From Dicyema japonicum (lineage: Eukaryota; Animalia; Dicyemida), in the NCBI GenBank assembly GCA_011109175.1, contig RDEW01000023.1, positions 657,898 through 700,594 of the forward strand: a stretch of DNA of 42,697 bases, in the 5' to 3' direction. Below, piece after piece: positions 11,289 through 23,852 of this stretch (position 1 is its first letter; each line of letters begins with the position of its first letter). A program made the position numbers and the translations under genes. The notes below the pieces were generated by a model that saw nothing but the letters and a program-made list of their open reading frames with translations, did not search any database and was not told the DNA's origin.

Positions 11289-12140
11289 TCACTCACTGTA
11301 CACATAATCATGATTCACCGAATCCAAGTACTTTTTAACGTCTATCCACGCAGTGACCAAATTACTCCCGTTCTGCTGGTTGATGCATTGGTTTAATAGT
11401 GCCTGCTCCTTACCCCCTTTCCACATCCTTCGTGTTCCCACTTGATTGTCACTGATCAGATGGTATGCCTCAATATAGTCTGATAATTTTCTGTTCACAC
11501 ACTTCGTAACCAACTTTTATAGTTTGGGTATACACATAATTGGTCTTAGGTCCTTTGGGGTATATGTCTTTCTTCAGGATAAGATATGTGATTCCAGTGT
11601 AAAACCACTCATCTGGAGTATACTTTCCGTGTATTAACTTTAAGACCTCTTCACAAAGTAATCAGGAATCGATGTGAATTTTTTGAGAAAGAAGTTGTAC
11701 AATCCACCACATTTTCTAGCTCTCCGGTTCGGAGATGCTTTATTTGCTGAAGTCTGAAAATGTGTCTTCTGCTCAAGTCACTCGAATGTTCATTGAAAAT
11801 CTGTTCTCATTGCTCGGCTATTCTTTCCAAATGTTCTCCCAAAATAAAAGACACTCTTTCGTTAAACAAATATTAAGAATTCTTTTCTCGTCAACACCCA
11901 CTCAACTTTGTCCTCCTTATTAACCTAGTAGATAATCGCCTGGAGAGATATGATATTTGTTCGGCTCTCCGCTAGAGAATTTGGATCAATTTCTTGTACA
12001 CTATAACCACTTCGCCTGCGTTCGCATTGTTTTGCACATCCAGTGCATTCACAGGAAGGTCCGTAGGAAAATTTCCACTCTTATTAGTAGAAAAAACGTG
12101 TTCATCACCACTAGAATTATTAACATTCCAAATAGTTAAT
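11289..12140 (-). mobile_element. R4/Dong-like non-LTR reverse transcriptase fragment
   Basis: LYNFFLKKF..PDEWFYTGITYLILKK..PKDLRPIMCIPKL*KLVTKC..ISDNQVGTRR..KEQALLN..AWIDVKKYLDSVNHDY are N-terminal RT motifs, with stops and frameshifts. The 5' boundary is approximate. Confidence 0.75.
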
Positions 12141-12662
12141 ATTTGATATATAATTTAGAGATTCTCAAATATGCTTGAAGAAAACGGCAATTTCAGAATT
12201 TGGTTTCTGTATGGTTCGATCCTGTGGGGATCACCAATTTCATCTCAGCTCTGAGCTAGGCGAGGCCAGAGACTCCAGATCAGAAGTTGCATTTCAAATG
12301 TGATATTATTGAGGAAAGAAGTCCTACAAAAATCTATTCTGAGCGCCTTCGTCTGGCTTTAAACCTTGGAGATTTCACCAGTCTATCAGAAGAAAAATCA
12401 AATGCTATGATGTTTTTGGAGGGAACAAAAATGTTTATCCAGGCACTCTATGTGAAGTAAAAAACCATTGAAATATTTCGGAACTGCATGTGAGACAACG
12501 GGCATCAAGCTCCAAAGGAATGTGGGAATACCAATTGGTTCTATTTATGCGGAAATTATACAATATATGGCATCAAGCTCCAAAGGAATGTGGGAATACC
12601 CAGTGGTTCTATTTATGCAGAAATTGAAACTCGAAAAGTAGACTTTTTGTTTATTTATCCTT

Positions 12663-13223
12663 TTGTATGCATACCAGAGCCTTGACATTATAACAAAAAC
12701 TCGATTATACAACTCGCTAGTGAAACCCATACTACTATATAACGCTGGTACCTGGGCCTGCTCAAGAAATGAACTGAAGAGGCTTAATGCGTTTCATAGA
12801 GACCAACTACGGCATATGATGTTCGAAAGAAGTGATACGAGGATGTCATCTAATCTTCTCTATAAGAAGACGAAGACCTCAGAAATTTCTAATGAGATTC
12901 TGGATACACGATGGAGGCTTTTCGGCCATATTCTGCGACTGGACCTAGATTCCCCCGCGAACGTAGCCATGGAGGATTACTTCATGTTGGAGGCCCCCCG
13001 TTTCCGTGGTCGCCCAAGGACGACACTTGCAGTCGTTCTCGACTAGGACCTCAAAGAAATGGGACGGCATCTTGCATGTGGAGAGGATCTGGACTGGTTG
13101 CGCGCAGCGGCTTTGAATAGGAGGAAGTGGATGAAACTAACCAGTGATTTGCTAACTCTTGTTGCACATGCTTTGTCAAGTCCTATGACATAGCGATAAG
13201 TGCTTATAATAATAATAATAATA
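12663..13223 (+). mobile_element. RTE-clade LINE 3' end with (TAA)n tail
   Basis: TKTRLYNSLVKPILLYNAGTW..LNAFHRDQLR..RWRLFGHILR..RGRPRTTL..ALNRRKW, followed by an ataataataataata tail. Confidence 0.85.
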
Positions 13224-14229
13224 TGCATACCAGGCCAATGACGCCATCAGAAGGAAGAGAAATCTTCTATCAATTAGTCACATACCACCAAGTGGCATTA
13301 TTAATTCATTTTCAATAGTATTACGAATTAGGTAACCTTATGTATTTTATAGAACTTTATTCCATCAAAACTACTTCAAAACGTCTCAGAACCTCTTCAT
13401 TCGTTGAGAACTACTCTTCTGCTATTCATCTTGATTTTCGCTCAACATTTGATAACGAAACTAGGATATTCGTAGTTTGTCACGACTATTTAGAGAAAAA
13501 ATTATTTGGCTCATCTAACCTAATCACTCCGAATACACAGGACCCTGATAGGAGCTTCAAACTTTGCCATCATGATTTGTCAAACTGAAAGCAGACATAT
13601 TGCAGATTCCTCGTTCAACCCGTTTTCGTCTAGAAGACTGTAGTCTTCAGACCCAAGATAGCCTATAAGTTGCTAGAATTTCAAAAAATTAATATTTAAT
13701 TTAATAAAAATTATTTAACAGGGATATGAGTCGTGGTTATACTATGAGACAACACACGTCTTTTTGTTGAAAATCCAGGTTACCCCAGGTTACTTCATAC
13801 GTGAAAAAGTCTTTATATTCCTAGTCTCATTTACTGTCAAAACTGCCATTAAGGTTGGACAGAAAACAGGACATTGGGGAAAGTCACTAGGTAGGTGTCT
13901 GTAATGTGAGTATGTAGACATGATAGTCCATGACGGTTATAGAGGAAAGAAAGTAGCCGTCTTTACCCGAAACGGGATTTCCTCACTCAGTTGTGATTTA
14001 TGGATTGTAGAATACTAAAGAAGTTTGCCGACTTAAGAGCATGTGGTCTCCTACAACGGAGACCTTTAGGTGGTAAGAAAACGGTTGATCTTTGCATAGT
14101 TACACGTAAGTTAGCTTAGTCTCATAGGTATATCGCATATGTTTTCATAGAGACCAGTGGTATCGCAGACAGGTGAGAACATCTGTCTTGAGTGAATCTT
14201 TCTGAGGATTGAATTTAAATTAAAAAAAA

Positions 14230-14620
14230 TTCTGATTCGAAAATTGAGCCTAACTTGAAGCTTTGACTGGCTAATTCTTTACCTGGAAGACGTGGGAGGG
14301 TTATCTGTGGCCACCTCAGATGACGATTACAAATATTACCAAGCAGAGTGCCCTAAGGTTTTCCTTTGTCCCCTAATCTATTCAACCTTTTTTTCTCCAC
14401 GACCTGCCAGCAGACATTGAGAAGGATTTCCTACTGCTTTCTTATGATGATATTAACATTGCAACAATAAGCATTTCGACATCAGAAGCAATCTCACTCG
14501 CACAGAAGAAAGTGGATTGTGTCCATGATAGGTCACTGTCCAAAAGCTAAACTTACTGCAAAGAAAAACAATACGTATGCTGGGAACACAGTGTTGAACA
14601 AAAATTCCTTCCTTGCAGAT
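14230..14620 (+). mobile_element. Degenerate non-LTR RT fragment
   Basis: RVP*GFPLSPNLFN (GVPQG..LSP.LFN) followed by SYDDINI. Confidence 0.55.
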
Positions 14621-16849
14621 GGAATCTACAACTCGTATATGTGGTTCCGGATTTCTCCGTATTTACGAGTAAGATAGACATCCACTCGGCCTATCACTGT
14701 TTCACGCAATCGGCTTCCTCGGCAAAGATCAATGAAGACACTTCCGTTCGGCAATGGAACAATGGTGACGCACAGGTTTTGGATGGCATGTTTGCTTGCG
14801 TGAACTGGGATTTTAATGTTTTATAACATTTCCTACATTAACTGTAATGGAATCTCAAATTAATTTTTTGGTTCAGCGGACATTAATAATTAAAAATATT
14901 AAAATCTGCATTAGATAATAATTATCTAAAAATCATAATAAAATAGTAACATGCAAACTTCCTTCAAGTCTTGGATGAGTTGGCTCAAGGATCTTCGTAG
15001 TCACGACTGCGCGTTCCATGGTTCATTCGTATCAAGGCTTAAAGAGCCATTGGTAGCTGGAACTCTCCAGAACCCCAGCGTATAATTAACGTTATCCCTT
15101 TCATTATGAATTTTTAAAAAAACATCAAAAATAATATTTGTCACCGTCCGTACGTGGAACTCCGTCATACGTGGAACTTCACAAGAACTAATCAAAATAA
15201 AAATTAGTTATCTGGATAATTCAGAACATTCTGAGTTGAATAGTGTAATTTTTAGTTAAATCGTTAATCACAAGAACTAATCAAAATAAAAATTAGTTAT
15301 CTGGATAATTCAGAACATTCTGAGTTGAATAGTGTAATTTTTAGTTAAATCGTTAATATTTAAAAACATAAAGTAGCAAAAAAATTAGTCAATATGATAG
15401 AGTCTCATTTTAATAATAATGAATAATACCTGACGGCGGACATTCCGTTGTCAATTTTACGAAAAACGAGACCGTTGGAACGACTACAATCCGGAATCCT
15501 ATGCCATCGAATTTGAACGGTTCAACAAAATAGAAGTAACATAATTCACTCATTCTCAGACAAAACAGAAGGACGTTCAAAGCAACTGGATGACGGTGCC
15601 AGAAGCATAACGAAGACGAGAAGGATATTGAGTCCATTGACTTGTCCGGGCAGTGTGTACCAAGGATTCTAAAACGCTCAGTATCGTCGGAACTTGAGAA
15701 TAAGGGAGGAGATCAATGAGAGCGGATATTTATAATAACTGCTCAGACGAGTTTTTATTGATGAGGACTGCTCCATCTTGTCTAGAATCAGGATGGGTAC
15801 AACGATGAATCCATGTATTTGTTTTTTATCTTCTACTAACCAACGAAAGGATACTTCAATTTAACTGTGGGTTCGATTCTCTCACCGCTACCTACTCAAA
15901 ATACTAGTGGATCTGTCTAAAATATATACAAATCTACAGTAAACTATTCAAAATGACAATCTTTTCAGTATTTGATTCTAAATTATTGTGTAAATGACTG
16001 TTTTTCCATCTTTTCAAGGATGCAGGTGGCTAAAAGGAAAGCAAATACCAAATCTCTTCTCTTGTAGAGATTCGTCAGCGAAGATCTACCGCTATAACCT
16101 AACTCTAACTTTATGAAGTCTTTTTTTCTTTTTGAAAAAAATGTGATTTCTTTTTGATTTTTGGTGATTATAATTTTAGTTTTTTATTATTGTCGTGTTC
16201 TTACAAAATAAAGTTGAGTAGATGGATTTTTCAATNNNNNNNNNNNNNNNNNNNNNNNNNNNNNNNNNNNNNNNNNNNNNNNNNNNNNNNNNNNNNNNNN
16301 NNNNNNNNNNNNNNNNNNNNNNNNNNNNNNNNNNNNNNNNNNNNNNNNNNNNNNNNNNNNNNNNNNNNNNNNNNNNNNNNNNNNNNNNNNNNNNNNNNNN
16401 NNNNNNNNNNNNNNNNNNNNNNNNNNNNNNNNNNNNNNNNNNNNNNNNNNNNNNNNNNNNNNNNNNNNNNNNNNNNNNNNNNNNNNNNNNNNNNNNNNNN
16501 NNNNNNNNNNNNNNNNNNNNNNNNNNNNNNNNNNNNNNNNNNNNNNNNNNNNNNNNNNNNNNNNNNNNNNNNNNNNNNNNNNNNNNNNNNNNNNNNNNNN
16601 NNNNNNNNNNNNNNNNNNNNNNNNNNNNNNNNNNNNNNNNNNNNNNNNNNNNNNNNNNNNNNNNNNNNNNNNNNNNNNNNNNNNNNNNNNNNNNNNNNNN
16701 NNNNNNNNNNNNNNNNNNNNNNNNNNNNNNNNNNNNNNNNNNNNNNNNNNNNNNNNNNNNNNNNNNNNNNNNNNNNNNNNNNNNNNNNNNNNNNNNNNNN
16801 NNNNNNNNNNNNNNNNNNNNNNNNNNNNNNNNNNNNNNNNNNNNNNAGT

Positions 16850-17560
16850 TGATTCTAAAATTCAGAGAATAGAGCGTCGTCTTTGGTTTATTGCTAAATA
16901 TCAAGAAGAACAAAATTATGACTACTGCTATTAATGGAACTAAAAATTGGGAATAAGAAACAAGAGATTTGAGATAATTTTGTCTTTCTGGGATGTCTAA
17001 TTAATCGGAATAATGACGGAGGCTTGTAAATCAAGAAAAGAATTGCCATGGGACGAGAAACCTTCCAGAGAATGAATAGAATTTGGAAAAGCAAAGATAT
17101 TTGCTTAAGGACTAAAATGCAGACTGGTTAATATAATTGTGTTCCTGGTTTTTCTATTCTGCGCAGAATCATGGATATTGAAAAAGGTGGATAGACGAAA
17201 AATTGATGCTTTTGAGCTGGGTACTGGTGGAGGTTACTAAGAATCCATTGGACTTTTAAATTAACAAACATTGATGTACTCAAACGGGTGGAAACGGACA
17301 TTTCGCTAAAAGGAAGAATCGTAAAACACAGATTGGCGTTTATTGGGCATGTTGTCCGCTCTGATTCCCTGGAAAGAACCATTATGCTGAGCAATATCAC
17401 TCGGAAGAAAAGACCTGGCCGACCAAAGACTTGATAGCTATCCACGGTGGAGGAGGTCACGGGAATTCCTATATCAAGGCTACTCCAAATTGCAACGGAT
17501 CGGGGAGAGTGGAGGAAACTCGTTCATGCGATCTCCAAGGACACGACTTAATTAAACAAC
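16850..17560 (+). mobile_element. RTE (BovB-like) LINE 3' fragment
   Basis: FVFLGCLI..IKKRIAMGR..CAESWILKK..KIDAFE..RLAFIGHVVR..GRPKT..ATDRGEWRKLV, with stops and frameshifts. Confidence 0.85.
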
Positions 17561-17574
17561 ACAACATATAATCA

Positions 17575-17790
17575 TTATTTCAGAGTTGCCACCATCCATG
17601 TGGACCATAGTTCCAGGTATACCCATGTTCCTGAATTGCATAGCAATATTGGCTTAACAAACATGTCGTATTGTCGAAAACGAAGTTTCAGTGAAGTGAT
17701 TATAATTATGTCCTGACTAAGAAATTGTGATTTTAAGATGTACCTCTGTTTTTTTAGCACTAATTAATGTTTTTCTTTACAAAAAGCCGT
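17575..17790 (-). mobile_element. RTE LINE fragment
   Basis: LKLRFRQYDMFVKPILLCNSGTW is homologous to VKPILLYNAGTW at ~12720. Confidence 0.7.
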
Positions 17791-17951
17791 AGTTTTTGTA
17801 ACCATGTAAATATAAGACTTTTCTTCGTCTAAATAAATTTTTAATAAAGTTTCTTAACATGAGGTATGTCAAGTGGAGTAATGTCCATCTGTCAAGATTA
17901 TTAATGATTTTCTTTATTTTCTTTAATTTTTCTTGAGTTAATCGCACTAGA

Positions 17952-18340
17952 CTAATTTATTATTAATTAAGCATTTCACGAGAACCATGTACAGCAAAAA
18001 AACAATGTTAGATGTCATCCTTTTCTATGCTCCTCTGTTTTTAGCCAAGGCTCTCATAGTGTCAAGGTCGTCGGCAGTTTTTAAATTTCTTTTAATTTTA
18101 ACCAGGTTTTTTTGTAAAACTGTTGGCATTGTTGTATTTGGTCTTCGACGATAGCGGCCTTCTTGACTAACATAGTATGTTTCCATAGATTTGTTAGGTG
18201 GGGATGTTAATTCCATCCTGAGCACGTGTCCGAAGAGCTTCCTTCGGGATTCCAGTAATTCTAAACTGATAGGTATAGTGCTACATCTCTTAAATAAAGT
18301 ATTTCTCGATTTCTCGTGGGCCAAGTAGTTCCTGTTATTT
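17952..18340 (-). mobile_element. RTE LINE 3' end
   Basis: SRRKLFGHVLRMELTSPPNKSM..RRRPNTTMP..ALAKNRGA, ending in ATGGTTCTCGTGAAATGCTTAATTAATAATAA. Confidence 0.8.
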
Positions 18341-19927
18341 TTCTCAGCGTACGAGATCCTAGCGATTTTGATGATCCTCGTGTCATAAACTGGATTCCAA
18401 CCAAATTTTTTGGAGAGTATTTTTTAACATGTGAACACCGCAAGCAATGTTTCGACCATTAGCGAATGGGAATATCGTTATCCCTTCGGGGTGTTGCCAT
18501 CGCAAAGGAAGAAACATTTTTTAAAGTCAAGTTGTTATTTCATGTCGGAGACCAGCCATAAATCAGCTTAAAGACAGATAACCATCGATTCAGCGTCCAC
18601 AGATGCATTTTCATTAACACAAAATTAAGGTCAAAACGGAGCAAGGTAACTATTCTCACTGCCTCGTCGTCAGAACGTTGCCAATTTTACCACATTGATA
18701 GACATTCAACCAAGCATTTGTTGATTAAATTCTAGTCGTCTTGAAGCAGACCTCCAGTATCATATTGGTCTCAAGGAACTCTTTCTTTTTCAAAAACATA
18801 TCTTAATGTGATTTCAAATTAATTCGGTCATTTAGATCATTAAGAAAATGTCCTCCTAAACGTCCACAGATCCTGAAATAAGAAAAGTGGTAAAGTCAAA
18901 ATAAACTAATGGCATCCACATTTGTTGCGATTAATATTAAGGATGCTAATAGCATCTATAGTCATCAAATGTATATTTAAAATTACTTTAACGGTTGACC
19001 TAATTTTACTGTCAAGGAGAAATATGACCTATTTTTACATTCAAGTAAAAAGAACATCGGAGGTTGAAAATCTTTTAGTCCTGATAAATCGATATGTAGC
19101 CAAAATCGCACAAAAAAATATTTTGTCATTAATTGATTACCTTATTCGATTTTTTAATATTTCACATAAAATCAATTCGAGAGAGCGAATGTTGGTCATT
19201 CGTTACTTGGAACAATATCATCTATTTGATTCTAAAGAAGGCAAAAGATTCTCTTATCATTCTCAGGCTAACTAATTCATACTGCTTGTGTTGACTTCAC
19301 GTCTAATCCTCCAAAATTAGACTAATTTAATTAACTTGCAGTACTCTTGTCTAAAAAAACAATTTCATTTACCCTGCAGTACTCTTGTTAGAAAAAGAAA
19401 TAGATACCATCATAATTCAAAATTAAAATCCAGGTCATCCGCATATCATAATTCCTAGATAGAAGTAGGACAATCTTTAGCTCTCAGATTACGAAGAGCA
19501 GCTTCCAGATAGACAACAAAAGGATTGGTTATTGTGAGTCAACTTCTGAAGTGTCAATGTGCGTAGCCTCTCTTCAGATTCACTTAAAATTTTATTTTCG
19601 CGCAAATTGACCTGTAATTAAACATTATTCAAAAAGTATAAAACTTTTTGACACAATTTTTAAACATTTTGATAAAGTTACTAAACATTAAGGCAAAGTT
19701 ATTAGACATTTTTGACAAATTTATTAAATTTTATGGTAAAATTATTAAACAAATCGGAAAACCATGTTAATTGTTTGAATTTAATTAAATTATTTTTTGA
19801 TTTTATTTTTTTAATCCAACACTTTATTTAATAAAATTATTATTAATTATGACGAATGTATTTCATGTAGTAATTTTTATTTCTTGTGGTTATCGTATAT
19901 TCATTATTTTGGTATTTAATCTCATAG

Positions 19928-21108
19928 ATGTTCACTTTTCTCGTGTTAAACTTGTCATTCGATATTTTGACATCACAGAATATTTGCCCAAACGAATTAA
20001 CAGTAAGTAGAACAACTCTGTATTAAATATAAATTATTAAGATATTGGATTAATTGTACATTTTCGATAACTGGCCTACCTGAATTTTATGTAATTTCAT
20101 TAATTGTTCAAAATATTAAATTTGAACCTTATGTAAACTTATCATTATTGGGAATGAAGTTAGAAGCTCTGTAGTTATTATTAATTATTCATAGTCGATG
20201 TGATTATAATGATCAAAGTTTAAAAACTGTAGACAACAAAACATTACCACCTACCATTAAGTACATGTTACATATTTTTTTAAACTTATAGAAATTTTCA
20301 ATACTGTGATTCCCTCAAATTCATATCGATCGAATTTGCGGAAAATTTATCAATGCTTTTCGAAATGTAGTTTTTTTTGTAATTAATGTAGATGCTTTCC
20401 TCGAGGAATAAATGTTATTCAACTTTTTAAAATTATTTCCAACCTTGTCTATTTAAAGAAGTATTTTTAATAATAATAATATAGTGCTATCGTTTGCATT
20501 GATTCATTCGATAATCCTGTGGCGTATGATATTATATTTAGTATAGATATGAAGTAAGTAGTATACATTTAATTGAAAAAGATGTTAAATTGTATATGTC
20601 GAAAGTAATATATTTAGAAGAACCTACGAAAATACATGTGAATCACGTAATTAATAATGTTATTTCAGTCTGCAGTGCCAATAAAAACAAGTATAATGTA
20701 CTTGGAACTTGCGGAGTTAAATTTAACATTTAACTAACTTAATGTTCATTTTTCTGGGATATAAATTGTGTTAATTAATTCAAATTTATTAAGATTTAAT
20801 TAATATCCTGGTTGGACAACTGAATCACACAGCTATACTCTTGTCTCTAAAAGAATAATTTCACTTCAAAAAACGATTCCAGAAAGAATCGACTTAGATA
20901 AGTATTAAAGAACGGACGTTTTTCCTCAGATTTATCCAGAACGACGTGAGCATTATCCTAGTTAATAACATAAGGACTTAAACTATTAGCTTTACTCACA
21001 CACGAATACTCTCATAATGAAAAGGAATATGTTCAAACAGTTGAGAACGATGATGGGACTATAGACTCATATGGAACATCTTCATTTACTGCGAATAGTG
21101 CAAAATAA
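19928..21108 (+). pseudogene. Multi-exon LRR-like secreted/membrane receptor gene, copy 1 (3' part disrupted)
   Basis: GT-AG introns at 20020-20041, 20171-20194, 20267-20291, 20367-20391, 20461-20484, 20524-20546, 20592-20617 and 20647-20668 (22-26 nt) join an open frame MFTFLVLNLSFDILTSQNICPNELTVSRTTLYWINCT..LRCDYNDQSLKTVDNKTLPPTIKYINFQYCDSLKFISIEFAENLSMLFEI... Phase-2 exons of 72, 75 and 69 nt are typical of LRR genes. Stops and frameshifts appear after ~20730. The start codon is uncertain. Confidence 0.6.
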
Positions 21109-21129
21109 ACCAAAATAGAGATATCTAAT

Positions 21130-21418
21130 AAAATATTCACCAGAAAGGTTTATGCAACATTTTTCGATAGACTCCGAAATTGATCAAAACACTCCCTGAA
21201 GAGAAAGACGTTTATCTTCCCTCCTATAAAGAACACAGTAAAACGAAGCACAAAATTAATAAAAACCAACCATACCCCCTTTCTAGAACACCAATTCGAG
21301 TAACCCTTATCGAATACTCCATAACAACACCAAACATAACTGGATCCTTCTCCACAAACTTACAGGAACACAGCGACAGCTTGAATCACACCAAGTTCAA
21401 CTTGAGAATGAAATGCGC
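21130..21418 (+). mobile_element. CR1/L2/jockey-like post-RT fragment, also at 23130-23480 and 29925-30150
   Basis: Three homologous copies share GACGTTTATCTT. Reading PIRVTLIEYS..QRQ resembles the IRPxLEY..LE..QR motif. Confidence 0.45.
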
Positions 21419-21816
21419 NNNNNNNNNNNNNNNNNNNNNNNNNNNNNNNNNNNNNNNNNNNNNNNNNNNNNNNNNNNNNNNNNNNNNNNNNNNNNNNNNN
21501 NNNNNNNNNNNNNNNNNNNNNNNNNNNNNNNNNNNNNNNNNNNNNNNNNNNNNNNNNNNNNNNNNNNNNNNNNNNNNNNNNNNNNNNNNNNNNNNNNNNN
21601 NNNNNNNNNNNNNNNNNNNNNNNNNNNNNNNNNNNNNNNNNNNNNNNNNNNNNNNNNNNNNNNNNNNNNNNNNNNNNNNNNNNNNNNNNNNNNNNNNNNN
21701 NNNNNNNNNNNNNNNNNNNNNNNNNNNNNNNNNNNNNNNNNNNNNNNNNNNNNNNNNNNNNNNNNNNNNNNNNNNNNNNNNNNNNNNNNNNATTATTTTG
21801 GTATTTAATCATATAG

Positions 21817-23097
21817 ATGTTTTCTTTTCTCGTGTTAAACTTGTCATTCGATATTTTGACATCACAGAATTTATGCAAAAACGAATTGATAATAAATAGA
21901 GCTCTGTATTAAATATAAATTATTAAGATATTGGATTAATTGTACATATTCGATAACTGGCCTACCTGAATTTTATGTAGGTGCATTAATTGTTCAAAAT
22001 ATTGAATTTGAACCTGATGTCATCTTTTCATTATTGGGAATGAAGTTAGATGAATTGTAATTATTATAAATATTCATAGTCGATGTGGTTATTAGATGAA
22101 AGTTTAAAAACTGTAGACAACCAAACATTCCCACCTACTATTAATGACATGTTACATATTTTTTTTTAAATTATAGATATTTTGATTACTGTAATTCCCT
22201 CAAATTCATATCGATCGAATTTGCGGAAAATTTATCAATGCTTTTCGAAATGTAGTTTTTTTGTTATTAATGTAGATTCTTTCCACGAGGAATAAGTGTT
22301 ATTTAAGTTTTTAAAGTTTGTTCCAACTTTGTTTTTTTAAATGAGTATTTTTAATAATAATAATATAGTGTTATCGTTTGCATCAATTCATTCGATAATT
22401 CAGAGGCGTATGATATTATATTTAGTATAGATATGAAGCAATAACTAATAGAGGATTATATCTCAAAGATAATAAATTGTATATCTTAGAAAATAATATA
22501 TTTAGAATATACGGCAGGCCGACAAGTGAATATTTCAGTCTAATAATCTGCAGTGCCATTAAAAACAAGTATAATGTATTTGGAATTTGAGGAGTTCAAT
22601 TAACATTTAACTAACTTAATGGTTCATTTTTATGGGATATAAAATTGGTGTGAATTAATTCAAATTTATTATGATTTTATTATTATCCTGGTTGGATAAC
22701 TGAATCACACAGCTATACTTTTATCTCTAAAAGAATAATTTCACTTAAAAAGACGATTACAGAAGGAATCGACTCTGATAAATGTCAAAGAACGGACGGT
22801 TTTCTTCTGATTTATGCAAAACGGCGTATGCAATAACCTAATTAATCATATAAGGACTTAAACTACTAGCTTTACTCACACATGATTACTCTCAATGAAG
22901 AGGAATATGTTCAAACAGTTGTGAACGATGATGGGAGTATTGACTATATAAGGAGCATCGTCATTTTACTTCGAATACTGTTACTCACACACGATTACTC
23001 TCAATGAAGAGGAATATTTTCAAACAGTTGTGAACGATGATGGGAGTATTGACTATATAAGGAGCATCGTCATTTTACTTCGAATACTGCAATATAA
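21817..23097 (+). pseudogene. LRR-like gene, tandem copy 2 (more degraded)
   Basis: Colinear paralog of 19928-21108 with the same 5' micro-intron positions. Some splice sites are lost near the 3' end (acceptor aag>atg near 22672, donor gt>at near 22841), there are in-frame stops, and a 109-bp internal duplication (22872-22980 / 22981-23089). Confidence 0.6.
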
Positions 23098-23626
23098 ACC
23101 AAAATGGTGACATATAATGAAATATTTAGACCAGGTGAGTTAATACAACTCTCTTTGAAAGATTCCGAAACTGATCAAAACACTCCATGAAGACGAGGAC
23201 GTTTATCTTACCTACCCAAAAAGAACACAGTAAAACGAAGCACAAAATTAATAAAAACGAACCATACCCTTTTTCTAGAACACCAATTGGGGTGACCTTT
23301 ATCAAATACTCCAAAACAACACCAAACAGAACTGGATCCATTTCCACAAACTTACAGGTACAGCGACAGTTGAATAACACCAAGTTCAACTTGAGAATGA
23401 TATGCGCACAACATCTACGCTATAAGCTCCAGCACCCCATTGAAGGTCCTTCTTACACGAACCTGGATCTCCCAAATCGTAACTAAAGTGGAGTTCAGCA
23501 TGCATTTCAGCGGGGAGGTTCTCAGAGAGATAATCTTTGAGAAATTATTTTGAATAATTAACTCCAGGTTGTTCCGTTCAATCAAATCTTTGAAATCCAG
23601 TATAAAAAAGACACTCCTTGCGGCTA

Positions 23627-23852
23627 GGCTTGACAAGTGACGCCGTCATCAGTGGAGATTTACTCTGGAACTGATAGTCAAAAGGACATACACACAAGAA
23701 AAAGAAAAAGCAAAGTAAGAGCATTCCTTAGATCTCCCTTTACGAATAGTTATAATAACTATTCTTTTCTTAAATAAAGTGTGTGTTCTGCAAGAGCGAA
23801 ACCCTAAGCATCTTACGTGCTTATGGCAACGCGGTAGTGTTAATTATTATTG
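23627..23852 (+). mobile_element. SINE family copy, 5'-truncated, different 3' tail
   Basis: Core TTGACAAGTGACGCCGTCATCAGTGG, then AAAGGACATACACACAAGAAAAAG and TTAAATAAAGTGTGTGT, then a distinct tail ending TAATTATTATT. Confidence 0.7.

Larger units (their letters stand above)
19903..23407 (+). repeat. Diverged tandem segmental duplication (~1.9-kb period) carrying the LRR gene and a downstream LINE fragment
   Basis: 19903-21418 aligns with 21792-23407 with many substitutions and small indels. The copies are separated by the N-gap at 21419-21791. Confidence 0.85.

Noticed and set aside
16154-16913. Long ORFs in the track here and at 21180-21899 and 41030-41784
   Set aside because: Their length comes from N-runs translated as X.
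18922-19275. 117-aa ORF as a gene
   Set aside because: It has a non-ATG start, no recognisable motif and no clean splice model. It may be a remnant, but I cannot support it.
20730-22845. Stop-codon reassignment (TAA=Gln) suggested by TAA/CAA alternation between the LRR copies
   Set aside because: Other TAAs align with TAT, TGA stops and frameshifts co-occur, and the intact LAMP-like gene and the CRE ORF both end in TAA. Pseudogenisation explains the pattern better.
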